Shown: positions 41,395 through 53,394 of the stretch, piece after piece
Layout of the letters: each line of letters begins with the position of its first letter
Numbering within the stretch: position 1 is the stretch's first letter
Assembly (NCBI GenBank): GCA_050953065.1
Contig: JBMNLZ010000002.1
Coordinates: 575,748 to 639,747 of the forward strand
Source of the DNA: Bacilli bacterium
Lineage (GTDB): Bacteria > Bacillota_I > Bacilli_A > ML615J-28 > CAG-698
Length of the DNA: 64,000 nt
Direction of reading: 5' to 3'
Position numbers and translations under genes: made by a program
The notes under the pieces: generated by a model
What the model was told of the DNA's origin: nothing
What the model saw: the letters and a program-made list of their open reading frames with translations, nothing else
Databases searched by the model: none

Positions 41395-41429
41395 AATGAT
41401 TAGTATTTTTAAATACTAATCATTTTTTT
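41395..41429 (+). terminator. Intrinsic terminator
   Basis: AATGATTAGTATTT / AAATACTAATCATT plus T run. Confidence 0.75.
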
Positions 41430-41507
41430 GAAATCGTTATTAGAAATTAAATCATTGAAAAAATATAAGTAAAGTGGTATAATATAATAAGTTTGGAGGC
41501 TTTTAAT

Positions 41508-43022
41508 ATGAAGAAGAACTTAGTTATGTTGACAATAATGGACGGATATGGTTTAAGAGAAGAAAAATATGGAAATGCGATAGCTGAAGCTAATACTCCA
41601 AACTTAGACTATTTTTTTAAAAATTATCCAAACATTAAATTAGGTGCAAGTGGATTAGATGTAGGACTTCCTGATGGACAAATGGGAAATAGTGAAGTAG
41701 GACATTTAAATATTGGTGCAGGCAGAGTAGTATATCAATCTTATACAAGAGTTGATATGGCAGTTAAAGAAGATAAGTTAATTAAAGTTAATGCGATAGC
41801 TCAAGCAATCAATCATGCGATTAATAACAATTCAAAATTACATATTATGGGTTTGTTATCTGATGGTGGAGTACACTCTCATATGAGTCATATATTTTAT
41901 TTAATTGAAAAAGCAATAGCTTTAGGAGTAAAAGATGTAGTTGTTCATGCATTTTTAGATGGAAGAGATGTTCCACCAAGTTCAGCGGTTGATTATTTAG
42001 AAGAATTAAATAAAGTAATTTCAAAAAATCTTGGCAGTAGAATTGGTGTAGTTAGTGGAAGATATTATGCGATGGATAGAGATAAAAACTACAATAGAGT
42101 TCAATTAGCGTATGATGCTTTAATTTATAATAAAGCAACGATAAATGATGCAATTCAAGGTGTTAGAGATTCTTATGCTAAGAATATAACTGATGAGTTT
42201 GTAGTACCTTTTATTGCAAGTGAAAATAGTAATATTGAAGAAAATGATGCTGTTATTTTCGCTAATTTTAGACCAGATAGAGCTATTGAAATTTCAACAG
42301 CGATTACTAATTGTAATAAGACTACTATTAAAGGTGGAAAGAAATTTAAAAATTTACTTTATGTTTCAATGATGCCATATAGTGAAGACGTTAAAGGGTT
42401 AGTTGCTTTTGAAAATCAAAATTTAAATAATATTTTTGGTGAAATTGTTTCTCAAAATGGTTTAAAACAATTAAGAATTGCTGAAACAGAAAAGTATGCT
42501 CACGTGACTTACTTTTTTGACGGTGGTGTTGAACAAGATTTCCCTGGAGCAAAAAGGATTTTAATTCCTTCACCAAAGATTGCAACTTATGATTTAATGC
42601 CTGAAATGAGCGCTTATCTTGTTACGGACGAAGTTATCAAAGCAATTGAGTCTAATGAATATGATACGATTATTTTAAATTTTGCTAATTGTGATATGGT
42701 TGGTCATACTGCTGTAAAAGATGCTGTTGTAAAAGCAGTTGAAGTAGTAGATGAATGTTTAGGTAAAATTTATAAAGCAATAAAACAAGTTGATGGAGTA
42801 TTGATAGTTACTGCTGATCATGGAAATGCAGATAAGATACTTGATGAAAATGGGGAACCTTTTTCAGCTCATACGACTAACCCAGTGCCTTTTATCTTAA
42901 TCAATTGTAATAAAAAATTAGAAGCTAGTGGTAATTTAGGAGATATTGCTCCAACAATGCTAGAATTATTAGGTGTTAAGAAACCAGCTGAAATGACTGG
43001 TAAGAGTTTAATAAAAAAATAA
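41508..43022 (+). CDS. gpmI: 2,3-bisphosphoglycerate-independent phosphoglycerate mutase
   Basis: MDGYG, QMGNSEVGH, SDGGVHSH, GRYYAMDRD, DMVGH, TADHGNA. Confidence 0.97.
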   Translation: MKKNLVMLTIMDGYGLREEKYGNAIAEANTPNLDYFFKNYPNIKLGASGLDVGLPDGQMGNSEVGHLNIGAGRVVYQSYTRVDMAVKEDKLIKVNAIAQAINHAINNNSKLHIMGLLSDGGVHSHMSHIFYLIEKAIALGVKDVVVHAFLDGRDVPPSSAVDYLEELNKVISKNLGSRIGVVSGRYYAMDRDKNYNRVQLAYDALIYNKATINDAIQGVRDSYAKNITDEFVVPFIASENSNIEENDAVIFANFRPDRAIEISTAITNCNKTTIKGGKKFKNLLYVSMMPYSEDVKGLVAFENQNLNNIFGEIVSQNGLKQLRIAETEKYAHVTYFFDGGVEQDFPGAKRILIPSPKIATYDLMPEMSAYLVTDEVIKAIESNEYDTIILNFANCDMVGHTAVKDAVVKAVEVVDECLGKIYKAIKQVDGVLIVTADHGNADKILDENGEPFSAHTTNPVPFILINCNKKLEASGNLGDIAPTMLELLGVKKPAEMTGKSLIKK

Positions 43023-43041
43023 AATATAAGGAGGAAAATAA

Positions 43042-44340
<1,299 letters not shown>

Positions 44341-44346
44341 TAAAAC

Positions 44347-44377
44347 AATCCATTATTCGTTTGAATAATGGATTTTT
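44347..44377 (+). terminator. Intrinsic terminator after eno
   Basis: AATCCATTATTC-gttt-GAATAATGGATT plus T run. Confidence 0.85.
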
Positions 44378-44438
44378 CTTATTTTTATTAACATTTATTA
44401 CTACTTATGGTATAATTATTATAAATAGGAAGGCATTT

Positions 44439-45332
44439 ATGAATAAAAAAGTTAAAGAAATTAATGTTACTAAAATTGAAAATGAAGTTTTAGAGTTAAA
44501 TCAAAAACTAGAGGTTAAAAGTGATACTTTTGATGATGCCTATAGTGAGCAACTAGATTTTTCATTTCGCTTTAAACTTGATGAGACGGCTAGTTTAAGT
44601 CAAATAAAAAGCTCAGCCAAAAAAATTTATCTTGATTTAGAAAAAAAGAAAAACAATTCAATTCAGAAGTTCTATATTTTTAGAGTTTTTGAATATTCTT
44701 TTGATTCAAATGAATACCTTAAAAAAAGTTTAGATACGATTGAAACACATATAAGTTTACTTAATCAAAATTACGAAGTTCTAAAAAAAGAGTTAGAAAG
44801 GTATGAAATTGATGATATGAGTATTACTAATACTTATATGTATGATAGATTAAATCAATTTTATTTATATAATCTAGATTTAGAAAAAAGTTTAGATGAT
44901 ATACAAAAAGGGTATTATAAAAAATTAAGAGCAGTTTCATTTAGTTTTTGTGCAAACAAAAGTATTCTTGAATTAAGTAATTTAGTTGATGAAATTAAAA
45001 AATTTATTTTAGATTATAAAGATTTAGAAACCGCGGTTTCATTTATCACATACCATAGTGTTACTTTAATAACTGATACAATTAATCAGTTATTAAAAAT
45101 ATTAGATAAACGAACTAAAGAAAGATATGATATAAAGTATTTTACTAATTCAGAGGCTTTTGTTTGTCTTTCAATGGGTGAATGGATTAATTTGTTTAAT
45201 AAACTTAAATATGTAATAAACTTATATAATATTGATAGGAATACATTTAAAGAATTCTATAAGCTTTTTGATGAATTAGAATTATTCTATATAATATTAT
45301 TAATTAATTTTGAAAAAGAAGAGGAATTGTAA
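44439..45332 (+). CDS. Hypothetical helical protein
   Basis: Own TGnTATAAT near 44408-44416 and AGGAAGG RBS before ATG 44439. Confidence 0.65.
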   Translation: MNKKVKEINVTKIENEVLELNQKLEVKSDTFDDAYSEQLDFSFRFKLDETASLSQIKSSAKKIYLDLEKKKNNSIQKFYIFRVFEYSFDSNEYLKKSLDTIETHISLLNQNYEVLKKELERYEIDDMSITNTYMYDRLNQFYLYNLDLEKSLDDIQKGYYKKLRAVSFSFCANKSILELSNLVDEIKKFILDYKDLETAVSFITYHSVTLITDTINQLLKILDKRTKERYDIKYFTNSEAFVCLSMGEWINLFNKLKYVINLYNIDRNTFKEFYKLFDELELFYIILLINFEKEEEL

Positions 45333-45364
45333 TTTAAAGAATCTTTAGAAGAAAAGGTGAATGA

Positions 45365-46630
45365 ATGAATGCAAGAAGATTTGCTTTAGAAGCAATAGAA
45401 AAAATAATTAGAGAAAAAGCTTTTTCTAATTTGGTAGTAAATGAATATTTAAATAAATTCTCTTTATCTAAAGAAGATAGAAGATTTTTTACGCAACTAG
45501 TATATGGAACTGTAGAAAATCAAATACTACTTAATTATTACTTAGAACCATATATTGGTCAAAAATCTCAAAAAACATGGGTTAAAATATTACTATATAT
45601 GAGTGTTTATCAAATTGTTTTTATGAAAATGGCTGATTATGCTGTGGTTAATGAAAGCGTAGAAATAGCATCTATTAAAAATAAACACATTGGCTCTTTT
45701 GTAAATGCAGTTTTAAGGAATTTTTTGAGAAATGAATTAAGGACATTTGAAGGGCTTGATGAAATTACTGAATTAAGTATTAAATATAGTTATCCAATTT
45801 GGATAATAAAAACTTTTTTAAATGATTTAAGTTATGAAAAGGTAAAAAAAATCTTAGAAGAAAATGCTAGTGTTAAGAAAACTCATATAAGAGTAAATAC
45901 TTTAAAGTCAACAAACTCTAAAGTCGAAAAGTTTTTAATTGGTAGAAATTATGAATTAGAAAAAAGTAAACTTGTTAAAAATGGATATATTGTAGATGGA
46001 GTTTTACTTAAAAGTGAATTGTTTGAAGATGGTTCAATCACTTTTCAAGACATATCAAGCCAATTAGTAGCAGAAGTAGTTAATCCGAAAGGATTAGATT
46101 TAGTAGTTGATCTTTGTAGTGCACCAGGTGGAAAAACTAGTCATATGAGTGCAATTATGGATAATAAAGGGAAAATAATCGCTTGTGATATTTATCAACA
46201 TAAAGCAAATTTAATGAAAAAGACTTTTGAAAGACTTGGTTGTACAAATATTGAAATTAATATAATTGATGGTAGAGAAATAAAATCCATCGTTGAGAAA
46301 GAAACAGTTGATGCTTTAATTATTGATGCTCCTTGTAGTGGACTTGGTGTTATTAGAGATAAACCAGATATAAAATTTAAATTAAGTGATGAAAGCATTC
46401 AAGAAGTTATTAAAATTCAAAAAGAATTGCTTGAATCAAGTTATGAAATTGTTAAAAAAGGGGGAAGTTTAACTTACAGTACTTGTACTATTAATAGTTA
46501 TGAAAATCAAAAGCAAATTGCTTCGTTTTTAAAAAAACATCCAGATTTTGAAAAGGAATATGAAAAGTTAATTTTACCTTATGAATATCATAGTGATGGT
46601 TTTTACATTTGTAAGTTAAGAAAAAAATAA
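45365..46630 (+). CDS. rsmB: 16S rRNA m5C967 methyltransferase
   Basis: NusB-like N-terminus, DLCSAPGGKT, DAPCSGLG, YSTCT, DGFY. Confidence 0.95.
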   Translation: MNARRFALEAIEKIIREKAFSNLVVNEYLNKFSLSKEDRRFFTQLVYGTVENQILLNYYLEPYIGQKSQKTWVKILLYMSVYQIVFMKMADYAVVNESVEIASIKNKHIGSFVNAVLRNFLRNELRTFEGLDEITELSIKYSYPIWIIKTFLNDLSYEKVKKILEENASVKKTHIRVNTLKSTNSKVEKFLIGRNYELEKSKLVKNGYIVDGVLLKSELFEDGSITFQDISSQLVAEVVNPKGLDLVVDLCSAPGGKTSHMSAIMDNKGKIIACDIYQHKANLMKKTFERLGCTNIEINIIDGREIKSIVEKETVDALIIDAPCSGLGVIRDKPDIKFKLSDESIQEVIKIQKELLESSYEIVKKGGSLTYSTCTINSYENQKQIASFLKKHPDFEKEYEKLILPYEYHSDGFYICKLRKK

Positions 46631-47680
46631 GTGAAAAATATTTTTGAATTTTCGAAAGAAAAATTAGAAGAAGACTTAGCTAAAAAGAATATAAGTAAAT
46701 ATCGTTCTCATCAAATCTTTGATTGGATTTATAAAAAGAATGTTTCTGATTTTGAGGAAATGAAAAATATTAGTAAAAAGGATATTGAAGTATTAAAGGG
46801 TGAATATAATTTTCAAAAGCTAAATCTTATTAAAGTAAAAGAATCAATTGATGGGACTAAGAAGTTTTTATTCAAACTTGATGATGGAAATTATATTGAA
46901 ACAGTTTTAATGAGTTTTAATTATGGTAAAAGTGTTTGCGTTTCTACTCAAGTAGGATGCGATATGGGCTGTAGTTTTTGTGCGAGTGGAAAAGATAAAA
47001 AGGTCAGAAATTTAACAATTTCAGAAATGGTTTTACAAGTTCTTCAAGTAAAAAATACTTTATTAGAAGATGAAAACCTTACAAATATTGTGATTATGGG
47101 AATTGGAGAACCTTTTGATAATTATGATAATGTTATTGATTTTATAAAAATTGTTAATGATAGTAAGGGAATTAATATTGGAGCAAGACACATAACAGTT
47201 TCAACTTGTGGAATTGTTCCAAAAATTTTAGAATTTGCTGATTTGTCATTACAAGTTAATTTAGCAATTAGTTTGCATTTTGCAAATAATGAAAAAAGAA
47301 GTAAATATATGAAAATTAATAAAGCATATAATCTTGAAAAGTTAATTGATGCTTTAAAAATATATTTTGATAAAACTAAAAGACGAATTACTTTTGAATA
47401 TTTATTAATTAAAGATGTTAATGATAGTATAGAGGATGCTAAAGAGTTAGTTACTTTGATTAAAGGTCTTAATGCTTATGTTAATTTAATACCTTATAAT
47501 GATACACAAATGTTTAAAAGAAGCACGAAAGAAGCTCAAAATAAGTTTTATGATTATTTGATGAAAAACAAAATTAATGTAACATTAAGGCGTGAGCAAG
47601 GTTTAGATATAAGTGCTGCTTGTGGACAGTTAAGGATGAAGAAGATGAGAGATGATTATGAAAAAAGGCTTGATAATTAA
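46631..47680 (+). CDS. rlmN: Radical SAM 23S rRNA m2A2503 methyltransferase
   Basis: CDMGCSFC, MGIGEP, ISLH, AACGQL. Confidence 0.96.
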   Translation: MKNIFEFSKEKLEEDLAKKNISKYRSHQIFDWIYKKNVSDFEEMKNISKKDIEVLKGEYNFQKLNLIKVKESIDGTKKFLFKLDDGNYIETVLMSFNYGKSVCVSTQVGCDMGCSFCASGKDKKVRNLTISEMVLQVLQVKNTLLEDENLTNIVIMGIGEPFDNYDNVIDFIKIVNDSKGINIGARHITVSTCGIVPKILEFADLSLQVNLAISLHFANNEKRSKYMKINKAYNLEKLIDALKIYFDKTKRRITFEYLLIKDVNDSIEDAKELVTLIKGLNAYVNLIPYNDTQMFKRSTKEAQNKFYDYLMKNKINVTLRREQGLDISAACGQLRMKKMRDDYEKRLDN

Positions 47681-48509
47681 AGCTATAAGTGGAGAATATA
47701 CAATATTTAAAGAAAACCAAGAAATAGTAGTCTGTAAACCTAAGGGAGTTTTTAGATATAAAAATTTAGTTCCTAAGGTAGGAGATATTGTAAGTCTTGA
47801 TAAAAATACAATTTCCTCAATATTACCTAGAAAGAATGAGTTAGAAAGGCCTTTTATTTCAAACGTTGATAAACTTTTTTTAGTTTTTTCAATTAAAGAA
47901 CCTGATTTTAATTCAAACTTATTAGATAGAATTTTAGCTATTAATGAATATCGTAATATTGAAAGTATTATTGTAATAACAAAACTTGATTTATTGTTGG
48001 ATATTTCAAAGTATGAACATTTCTTTGAATATTATAAAAAAATAGGTTATAAAGTCTTTTTCAGTGATAAAGATTTAGATTTAATAAAAGGAGAAATTGC
48101 TAATTCAGTAGCAGTTTTTGCAGGACAATCTGGAGTTGGAAAAACTACGCTTCTTAATGCTATTACTGGTTTAAATAAAAAAACTGCAGAAATTTCAATA
48201 GCATTAGGACGTGGGAAACATACAACTAGACATATAGAGTTAATTAGAGTTAATGATGGTTGGTTAGCAGATACTCCAGGCTTTGGAATTGTTGATTTCC
48301 ATGAAATTGATGAATTAACATTAAGTCATTCATTCAAGGAGTTTTTTGAATATAGCAGAAAATGTAAATTTTCTAAATGTATTCATATAAATGAACCTGA
48401 TTGTTATGTAAAAAAAATGGTAAAATCAAACGAGATAATACCATCAAGATATACAAATTATGAATTATTTATTAAAGAAATAGAAGAGGTAAGAAAAAAA
48501 CAGTATTAG
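47652..48509 (+). CDS. rsgA: Ribosome small subunit GTPase A
   Basis: GQSGVGKTT, GRGKHTTR, DTPGF, CKFSKCIH..EPDC. Confidence 0.95.
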   Translation: MIMKKGLIIKAISGEYTIFKENQEIVVCKPKGVFRYKNLVPKVGDIVSLDKNTISSILPRKNELERPFISNVDKLFLVFSIKEPDFNSNLLDRILAINEYRNIESIIVITKLDLLLDISKYEHFFEYYKKIGYKVFFSDKDLDLIKGEIANSVAVFAGQSGVGKTTLLNAITGLNKKTAEISIALGRGKHTTRHIELIRVNDGWLADTPGFGIVDFHEIDELTLSHSFKEFFEYSRKCKFSKCIHINEPDCYVKKMVKSNEIIPSRYTNYELFIKEIEEVRKKQY

Positions 48510-48521
48510 AAAGGAATAGAT

Positions 48522-49166
48522 ATGATTGTAGCTCCATCGATATTATCAGCTGATTTTTCAAATTTATTAAAAGAAGTAAAAGAAGTCCAAAAAAATGGTG
48601 CCCAATTCTTACATATTGATGTAATGGATGGACATTTTGTTCCTAATATTAGTTTAGGTGCGGTTGTATTTAAGGATTTAAAAGGTAAAGTAGATATAAT
48701 TTTTGATGTGCATTTAATGATAAGTGATCCAGCTAAATATGCTACAGATTTTGTAAAGGCTGGTGCAGACTATATTACTTTTCATGTTGAAGCAGTTGAT
48801 AATCCAAAAGAAATTGTTAAATATATTAAATCTTTAGGAGTAAAGGTTGGAATTTCTATTAAACCTAATACTAATGTTCAAAGTATTTATTCGGTTTTAA
48901 GTGAAGTTGATTTAGTTCTTGTTATGTCAGTTGAACCAGGCTTTGGTGGACAAAAGTTTATGGATTCAGCTTTAGAAAAGATTTCTAAGTTAAAAGAATT
49001 AAAAGAAAAGAATAATTATCATTATTTAATTCAAGTTGATGGTGGTATCAATGAAGAAACAGCTAAAAAAGTAGCTGATGCAGGAGTTGAAGTGATTGTT
49101 GCAGGAACATATATCTTTAAAAGTACTGATAGAAAAAAGGTCATTAAAGATCTTTTAAAATTATAA
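48522..49166 (+). CDS. rpe: Ribulose-phosphate 3-epimerase
   Basis: APSILSAD, HIDVMDGHFVPN, MSVEPGFGGQ, VDGG. Confidence 0.97.
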   Translation: MIVAPSILSADFSNLLKEVKEVQKNGAQFLHIDVMDGHFVPNISLGAVVFKDLKGKVDIIFDVHLMISDPAKYATDFVKAGADYITFHVEAVDNPKEIVKYIKSLGVKVGISIKPNTNVQSIYSVLSEVDLVLVMSVEPGFGGQKFMDSALEKISKLKELKEKNNYHYLIQVDGGINEETAKKVADAGVEVIVAGTYIFKSTDRKKVIKDLLKL

Positions 49167-49198
49167 AAAAAAGCTATATATTATTTATAGCTTTTTTT
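49166..49198. terminator. Bidirectional terminator rpe/rpmB
   Basis: AAAAAAAGCTATA / TATAGCTTTTTTT. Confidence 0.75.
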
Positions 49199-49388
49199 AT
49201 GCTCTCTTTACAAGTCCTGATTTAAGAGCTCGAGCAGAAACATAAACTCTCTTCATTTTTCCATTTTCATCAATGATTCTAACTTTTTGTAAATTAGCTT
49301 TCCAAACTCTTTTTGATCTTTTCAAAGAATGAGGTTTATTATTTCCAGTGATTGTACCAACACCAGTAATATAACATTTTCTTGCCAT
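49197..49388 (-). CDS. rpmB: 50S ribosomal protein L28
   Basis: [30 protein letters not shown]; GAGGAGG RBS. Confidence 0.95.
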   Translation of the reverse strand: MARKCYITGVGTITGNNKPHSLKRSKRVWKANLQKVRIIDENGKMKRVYVSARALKSGLVKRA

Positions 49389-49627
49389 TTTTAAAATCCT
49401 CCTCACTTATAATTTTACCTTATCAATTATAGCATTTAAAAGAGATATTTGCAAGCATTTTTTTAAAAGTAAATAGGTAATTTTAGTATAAAAAATCTTT
49501 AAATATAAGGTAAAAGGTTTTCAAAAGTCCAAAATAATTCAATAATCTTGCTTTTTATTAATGTTGGTGGTATAATAACTAAAGATATAACTAGGTTTAT
49601 ATCTAAAAAATTTCGGAGGATTAATAA

Positions 49628-51316
49628 GTGGATATATATAAATTAACAGGCTCGATTTTTAAAGCTATGCTTTTATCGGGAGCTGAAAAACTTTCAAAGG
49701 ATTATGAGGCTATAAATGCTTTAAATGTATTTCCTGTTCCAGATGGCGATACTGGTACAAATATGCGAATGACTTTAAATGGTGGTGTAACTGAAATTAA
49801 TGGTTTTGAAGATGATAATATTTCTGAGGTTTCAAAAAAGATATCTCGTGGAATGTTAATGGGAGCAAGAGGAAATTCTGGTGTTATTTTATCACAATTA
49901 TTTCGTGGAATAAATAAAGGTTTTGAAGGATACGAAGAAGTAGACGCAACAATTTTAGCTAATGCGTTTTTTAGTGGTGTAAAACAAGCGTATAAAGCAG
50001 TTATGAAACCTGTTGAAGGGACTATGTTAACTGTAGCAAGAGAGGCTAGTGAAAAAGCTTTACTAGTTATTAAGCCAGATATGACTATAAATGAATTTTT
50101 TAGAGTTTATCTTAAAGAAGCAAATGAATCACTTCAAAGAACACCTGACCTACTACCTGCTTTAAAAGAAGCTGGAGTTGTAGATAGTGGTGGAGTGGGA
50201 CTTATTTGTATTATTGAAGGTATGTTTGCAGCAATTGAAGGTGATGAGATTGCTAAAAGAGCTCCAATTGATAATCTACATTTAGTAAGTACATTAAAAA
50301 AACAAGATCCAACAGAAGCATCTTATGGATATTGTACTGAGTTTATATTACAATTGTCTGCTAAAAAAGTAGGCGATGTTGAAAAGTTTGATGAAAAGAC
50401 TGTTTTAACAAATATTGAAAAACTTGGTGATTCTATTGTTTTGGTTAAAGATGAAGATCTTTTAAAGGTACATATTCATACTTTAACACCTGGAGATATA
50501 TTAAATGAAGGCCAAAAATATGGTGAGTTTATTCATTTAAAAATTGAAAACATGGAAGTTCAACATGAAGATCATGAAGAGATGATTTCTCATACTACTA
50601 ATGGTGTATGTGCTTGTGGTGAGGTTCATGAACCAGTTAAGAAACCAGAAATTAGATCTAAATATGCGATTGTTTCAGTTGCAACAGGAGAAGGATTGAT
50701 TAGAACTTTTAAAGAAATGGGAGCAGACTATGTAGTTTCTGGTGGGCAAAGTATGAACCCATCAACTGAGGACTTTATCAAAGGCTATGAAACATTAAAT
50801 GCTGAAAACATCATAGTTTTTCCTAATAACAAGAATATTACTTTAGCTGCTAGACAATCTGCTAAATTATTTAAAGAAAGTAATGTTTATGTAGTTGAAA
50901 CAACCTCTTTAGCTCAAGGTTTTGCTGCTTTAACAATGATTGATTTAAATGATGAACCAAATAAGTGTATTGCAGATTTAAAGATTGTTGTTAGTAATGT
51001 AACTACTGGTTTAATTACTTATGCAGTAAGAGAAACTCAATTAGAGGGATTACATATTAAAAAAGATGACTTTATTGGTATTTTAGATGGTAAAATAGTA
51101 ACAAGTTGTAGAAGAAAAATAGACGCTGTAAAAGCTTTACTTCAAAAAGGTATAAATGATCAAAAAGAAATAGTTACAATTATTTACGGTAAAGATGTTA
51201 CTGAAAAAGAAGCAAATGAACTTGTTAAATATATTGAAAAGAATTACCCTAATGTTGATGTTGACATAGTAGATGGAACTCAAGAAGTATATAGCTATAT
51301 ATTTGCAATCGAATAA
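49628..51316 (+). CDS. fakA: DAK2-domain fatty acid kinase catalytic subunit (FakA/YloV)
   Basis: LNVFPVPDGDTGTNM, GARGNSG, VVDSGG, YGYCTEF, KVHIHT, GGQSMNPS. Confidence 0.93.
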   Translation: MDIYKLTGSIFKAMLLSGAEKLSKDYEAINALNVFPVPDGDTGTNMRMTLNGGVTEINGFEDDNISEVSKKISRGMLMGARGNSGVILSQLFRGINKGFEGYEEVDATILANAFFSGVKQAYKAVMKPVEGTMLTVAREASEKALLVIKPDMTINEFFRVYLKEANESLQRTPDLLPALKEAGVVDSGGVGLICIIEGMFAAIEGDEIAKRAPIDNLHLVSTLKKQDPTEASYGYCTEFILQLSAKKVGDVEKFDEKTVLTNIEKLGDSIVLVKDEDLLKVHIHTLTPGDILNEGQKYGEFIHLKIENMEVQHEDHEEMISHTTNGVCACGEVHEPVKKPEIRSKYAIVSVATGEGLIRTFKEMGADYVVSGGQSMNPSTEDFIKGYETLNAENIIVFPNNKNITLAARQSAKLFKESNVYVVETTSLAQGFAALTMIDLNDEPNKCIADLKIVVSNVTTGLITYAVRETQLEGLHIKKDDFIGILDGKIVTSCRRKIDAVKALLQKGINDQKEIVTIIYGKDVTEKEANELVKYIEKNYPNVDVDIVDGTQEVYSYIFAIE

Positions 51317-51336
51317 AAGGGCTTTTGCCCTTTTTT
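51315..51336 (+). terminator. Intrinsic terminator
   Basis: AAAAGGGC-tttt-GCCCTTTT plus T run. Confidence 0.8.
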
Positions 51337-51358
51337 GTACTAAAATTAAGGAGATAAA

Positions 51359-53386
51359 ATGGAAAAAATTTTATTATCTAGTATAGATTACATAAATCCA
51401 AAAATAGTTACGCAATTAAAAAAAGCGAATATTGAAACAGTCGCTGATTTATTGTTTAACTATCCAACAAAGTTTGAGGATTATACGATTACTCCTATGG
51501 ATGAGGTTGAACCTGAAAAAAGTTTAACAATTGAAGCAATTGCACAAACTAAAGCAACTGTTGCAAATGTGAAAACAAAATTATCAGTGATGAATTTTTT
51601 TGCTGAAGCAGAAGGCCATAGAATAAGAGTAACGATTTTTAATAGACATTTTTTAAAATCAAGAATTAATTATGGGGTTTATGTAAGATTAACTGGAAAG
51701 TTTAATGAAAAAATGAATAATTTTACAGCTGCTGAAATTCATTTTGATGAATTTAGCAGTCAAATTAATCCGATTTTTAATATAAAAAATGTAGCGGATA
51801 ATAAAATTTTAGAGATTAAAGAAAAATTATATAAAGAATATAAAGATTTAATTGTTGATGATTTACCTCAAGATATAAAAGATAAGTATAAACTTATTGA
51901 TCTAAAAAGAGCTATAAAATATATTAATATACCAGAAGATATAGAAGAAGTAAGAAAAGCAATTTATAGAATAAAATTTGATGAATTGTTTAAATATCAA
52001 ATGATGGTTAAATATATGCTTTATAAAAGAAAAAACTTTCCTGAAGGTGTTTTAATAAATTACAATAGAAAAAAAATTGATGAATTTATAAACTTATTAC
52101 CTTATAAACTAACAAGTGATCAAGAAAAAGTATTAGAAGAAATCTTAAATGATATTAACTCTTCTTATAAAATGAATAGATTACTTCAAGGAGAAGTAGG
52201 AAGTGGAAAGACAGTAGTAGCAGCAATTGCTTTATATGCTGTTGTTACAAGTGGCTATCAAGGAGCTATTATGGTTCCAACTGAAGTCTTAGCTAATCAA
52301 CATTACCATACATTTAAAGATTTATTTTCAAATGTAGACTTAAGAGTTGAATTATTAACATCTTCTATCTTACAAAAAGAAAAAAAAGATATTTTAGATG
52401 CATTAAAAGATGGTAAAGTTGATATTATCGTTGGGACTCATTCATTATTTCAAAAAGATGTTGAATTTAAAAAATTAGGACTTGTTATTACGGATGAGGA
52501 ACATAGATTTGGAGTTCGCCAAAGAGTTTCAATTGTTGGGAAGGGATATTTAATTGATCATTTAAAAATGAGTGCGACTCCAATTCCAAGAACTCTAGCA
52601 ATTAGTATATTAGGAGAATCGGATATTTCTATTATTAAAAAACTTCCAGGGCTAAAAAAGGAAGTAATAACAAAATTAGTTAAAGGAACAGAAACTAGAT
52701 TAGTAATAGAACATATTAAAGAAGAACTTGCACGTGGTAGACAAATATATATTATTACACCAATGATTGAAGATTCTGATGTAATTGATTTAAATAATGC
52801 TAATCAAGTTTATGAAAAAACAAAATTATATTTTAAGGATATTTGTGAGGTTGGTTTAATCCATAGTAAATTAAAAACAGAAGAAAAAGAAAGTGTAATG
52901 AATGCTTTTGCTAAGAACGAAATTCAAATTTTAGTTTCAACTAGTGTAATTGAGGTTGGTGTAAATATAATTAATGCTACTACAATCGTTATTTTAGATG
53001 CAGATAGATTTGGAATTGCTCAACTTCATCAGATGCGAGGTAGAGTTAGAAGGAGTGATCATCAAGCATATTGTTTTTTAGTAAGTGATTCAACTGCTGA
53101 GACGGCTGTTAAACGTTTGAAATTAGTAGAAGAAAATAGTGATGGTTTTGTTTTAGCAGAAGAAGATTTAATCATTAGAGGTCCTGGGGACTTTTTTGGA
53201 GAAAAACAATCTGGAATTGTAACTTTTAAAATGGCTGATTTAGTAGTTGATAAAGATATTTTAGAAATAGTCAATGCTGAGGCCGATTTAGTAATTATGG
53301 AAGACAGATTAAGCAAACCAGAATATGCTAGAATATTAAAAATAGTTGATGATAATTATAATAAAAATAAAGAAATGTTGAATTAG
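51359..53386 (+). CDS. recG: ATP-dependent DNA helicase RecG
   Basis: LLQGEVGSGKT, DEEHRFG, SATPIPR, HQMRGRV, RGPGDFFG. Confidence 0.96.
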   Translation: MEKILLSSIDYINPKIVTQLKKANIETVADLLFNYPTKFEDYTITPMDEVEPEKSLTIEAIAQTKATVANVKTKLSVMNFFAEAEGHRIRVTIFNRHFLKSRINYGVYVRLTGKFNEKMNNFTAAEIHFDEFSSQINPIFNIKNVADNKILEIKEKLYKEYKDLIVDDLPQDIKDKYKLIDLKRAIKYINIPEDIEEVRKAIYRIKFDELFKYQMMVKYMLYKRKNFPEGVLINYNRKKIDEFINLLPYKLTSDQEKVLEEILNDINSSYKMNRLLQGEVGSGKTVVAAIALYAVVTSGYQGAIMVPTEVLANQHYHTFKDLFSNVDLRVELLTSSILQKEKKDILDALKDGKVDIIVGTHSLFQKDVEFKKLGLVITDEEHRFGVRQRVSIVGKGYLIDHLKMSATPIPRTLAISILGESDISIIKKLPGLKKEVITKLVKGTETRLVIEHIKEELARGRQIYIITPMIEDSDVIDLNNANQVYEKTKLYFKDICEVGLIHSKLKTEEKESVMNAFAKNEIQILVSTSVIEVGVNIINATTIVILDADRFGIAQLHQMRGRVRRSDHQAYCFLVSDSTAETAVKRLKLVEENSDGFVLAEEDLIIRGPGDFFGEKQSGIVTFKMADLVVDKDILEIVNAEADLVIMEDRLSKPEYARILKIVDDNYNKNKEMLN

Positions 53387-53394
53387 GTGAGAAT

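Noticed and set aside
44361-44438. Hydrophobic N-terminus of ORF 44361
   Set aside because: Translated from the eno terminator and promoter region; start is better placed at 44439
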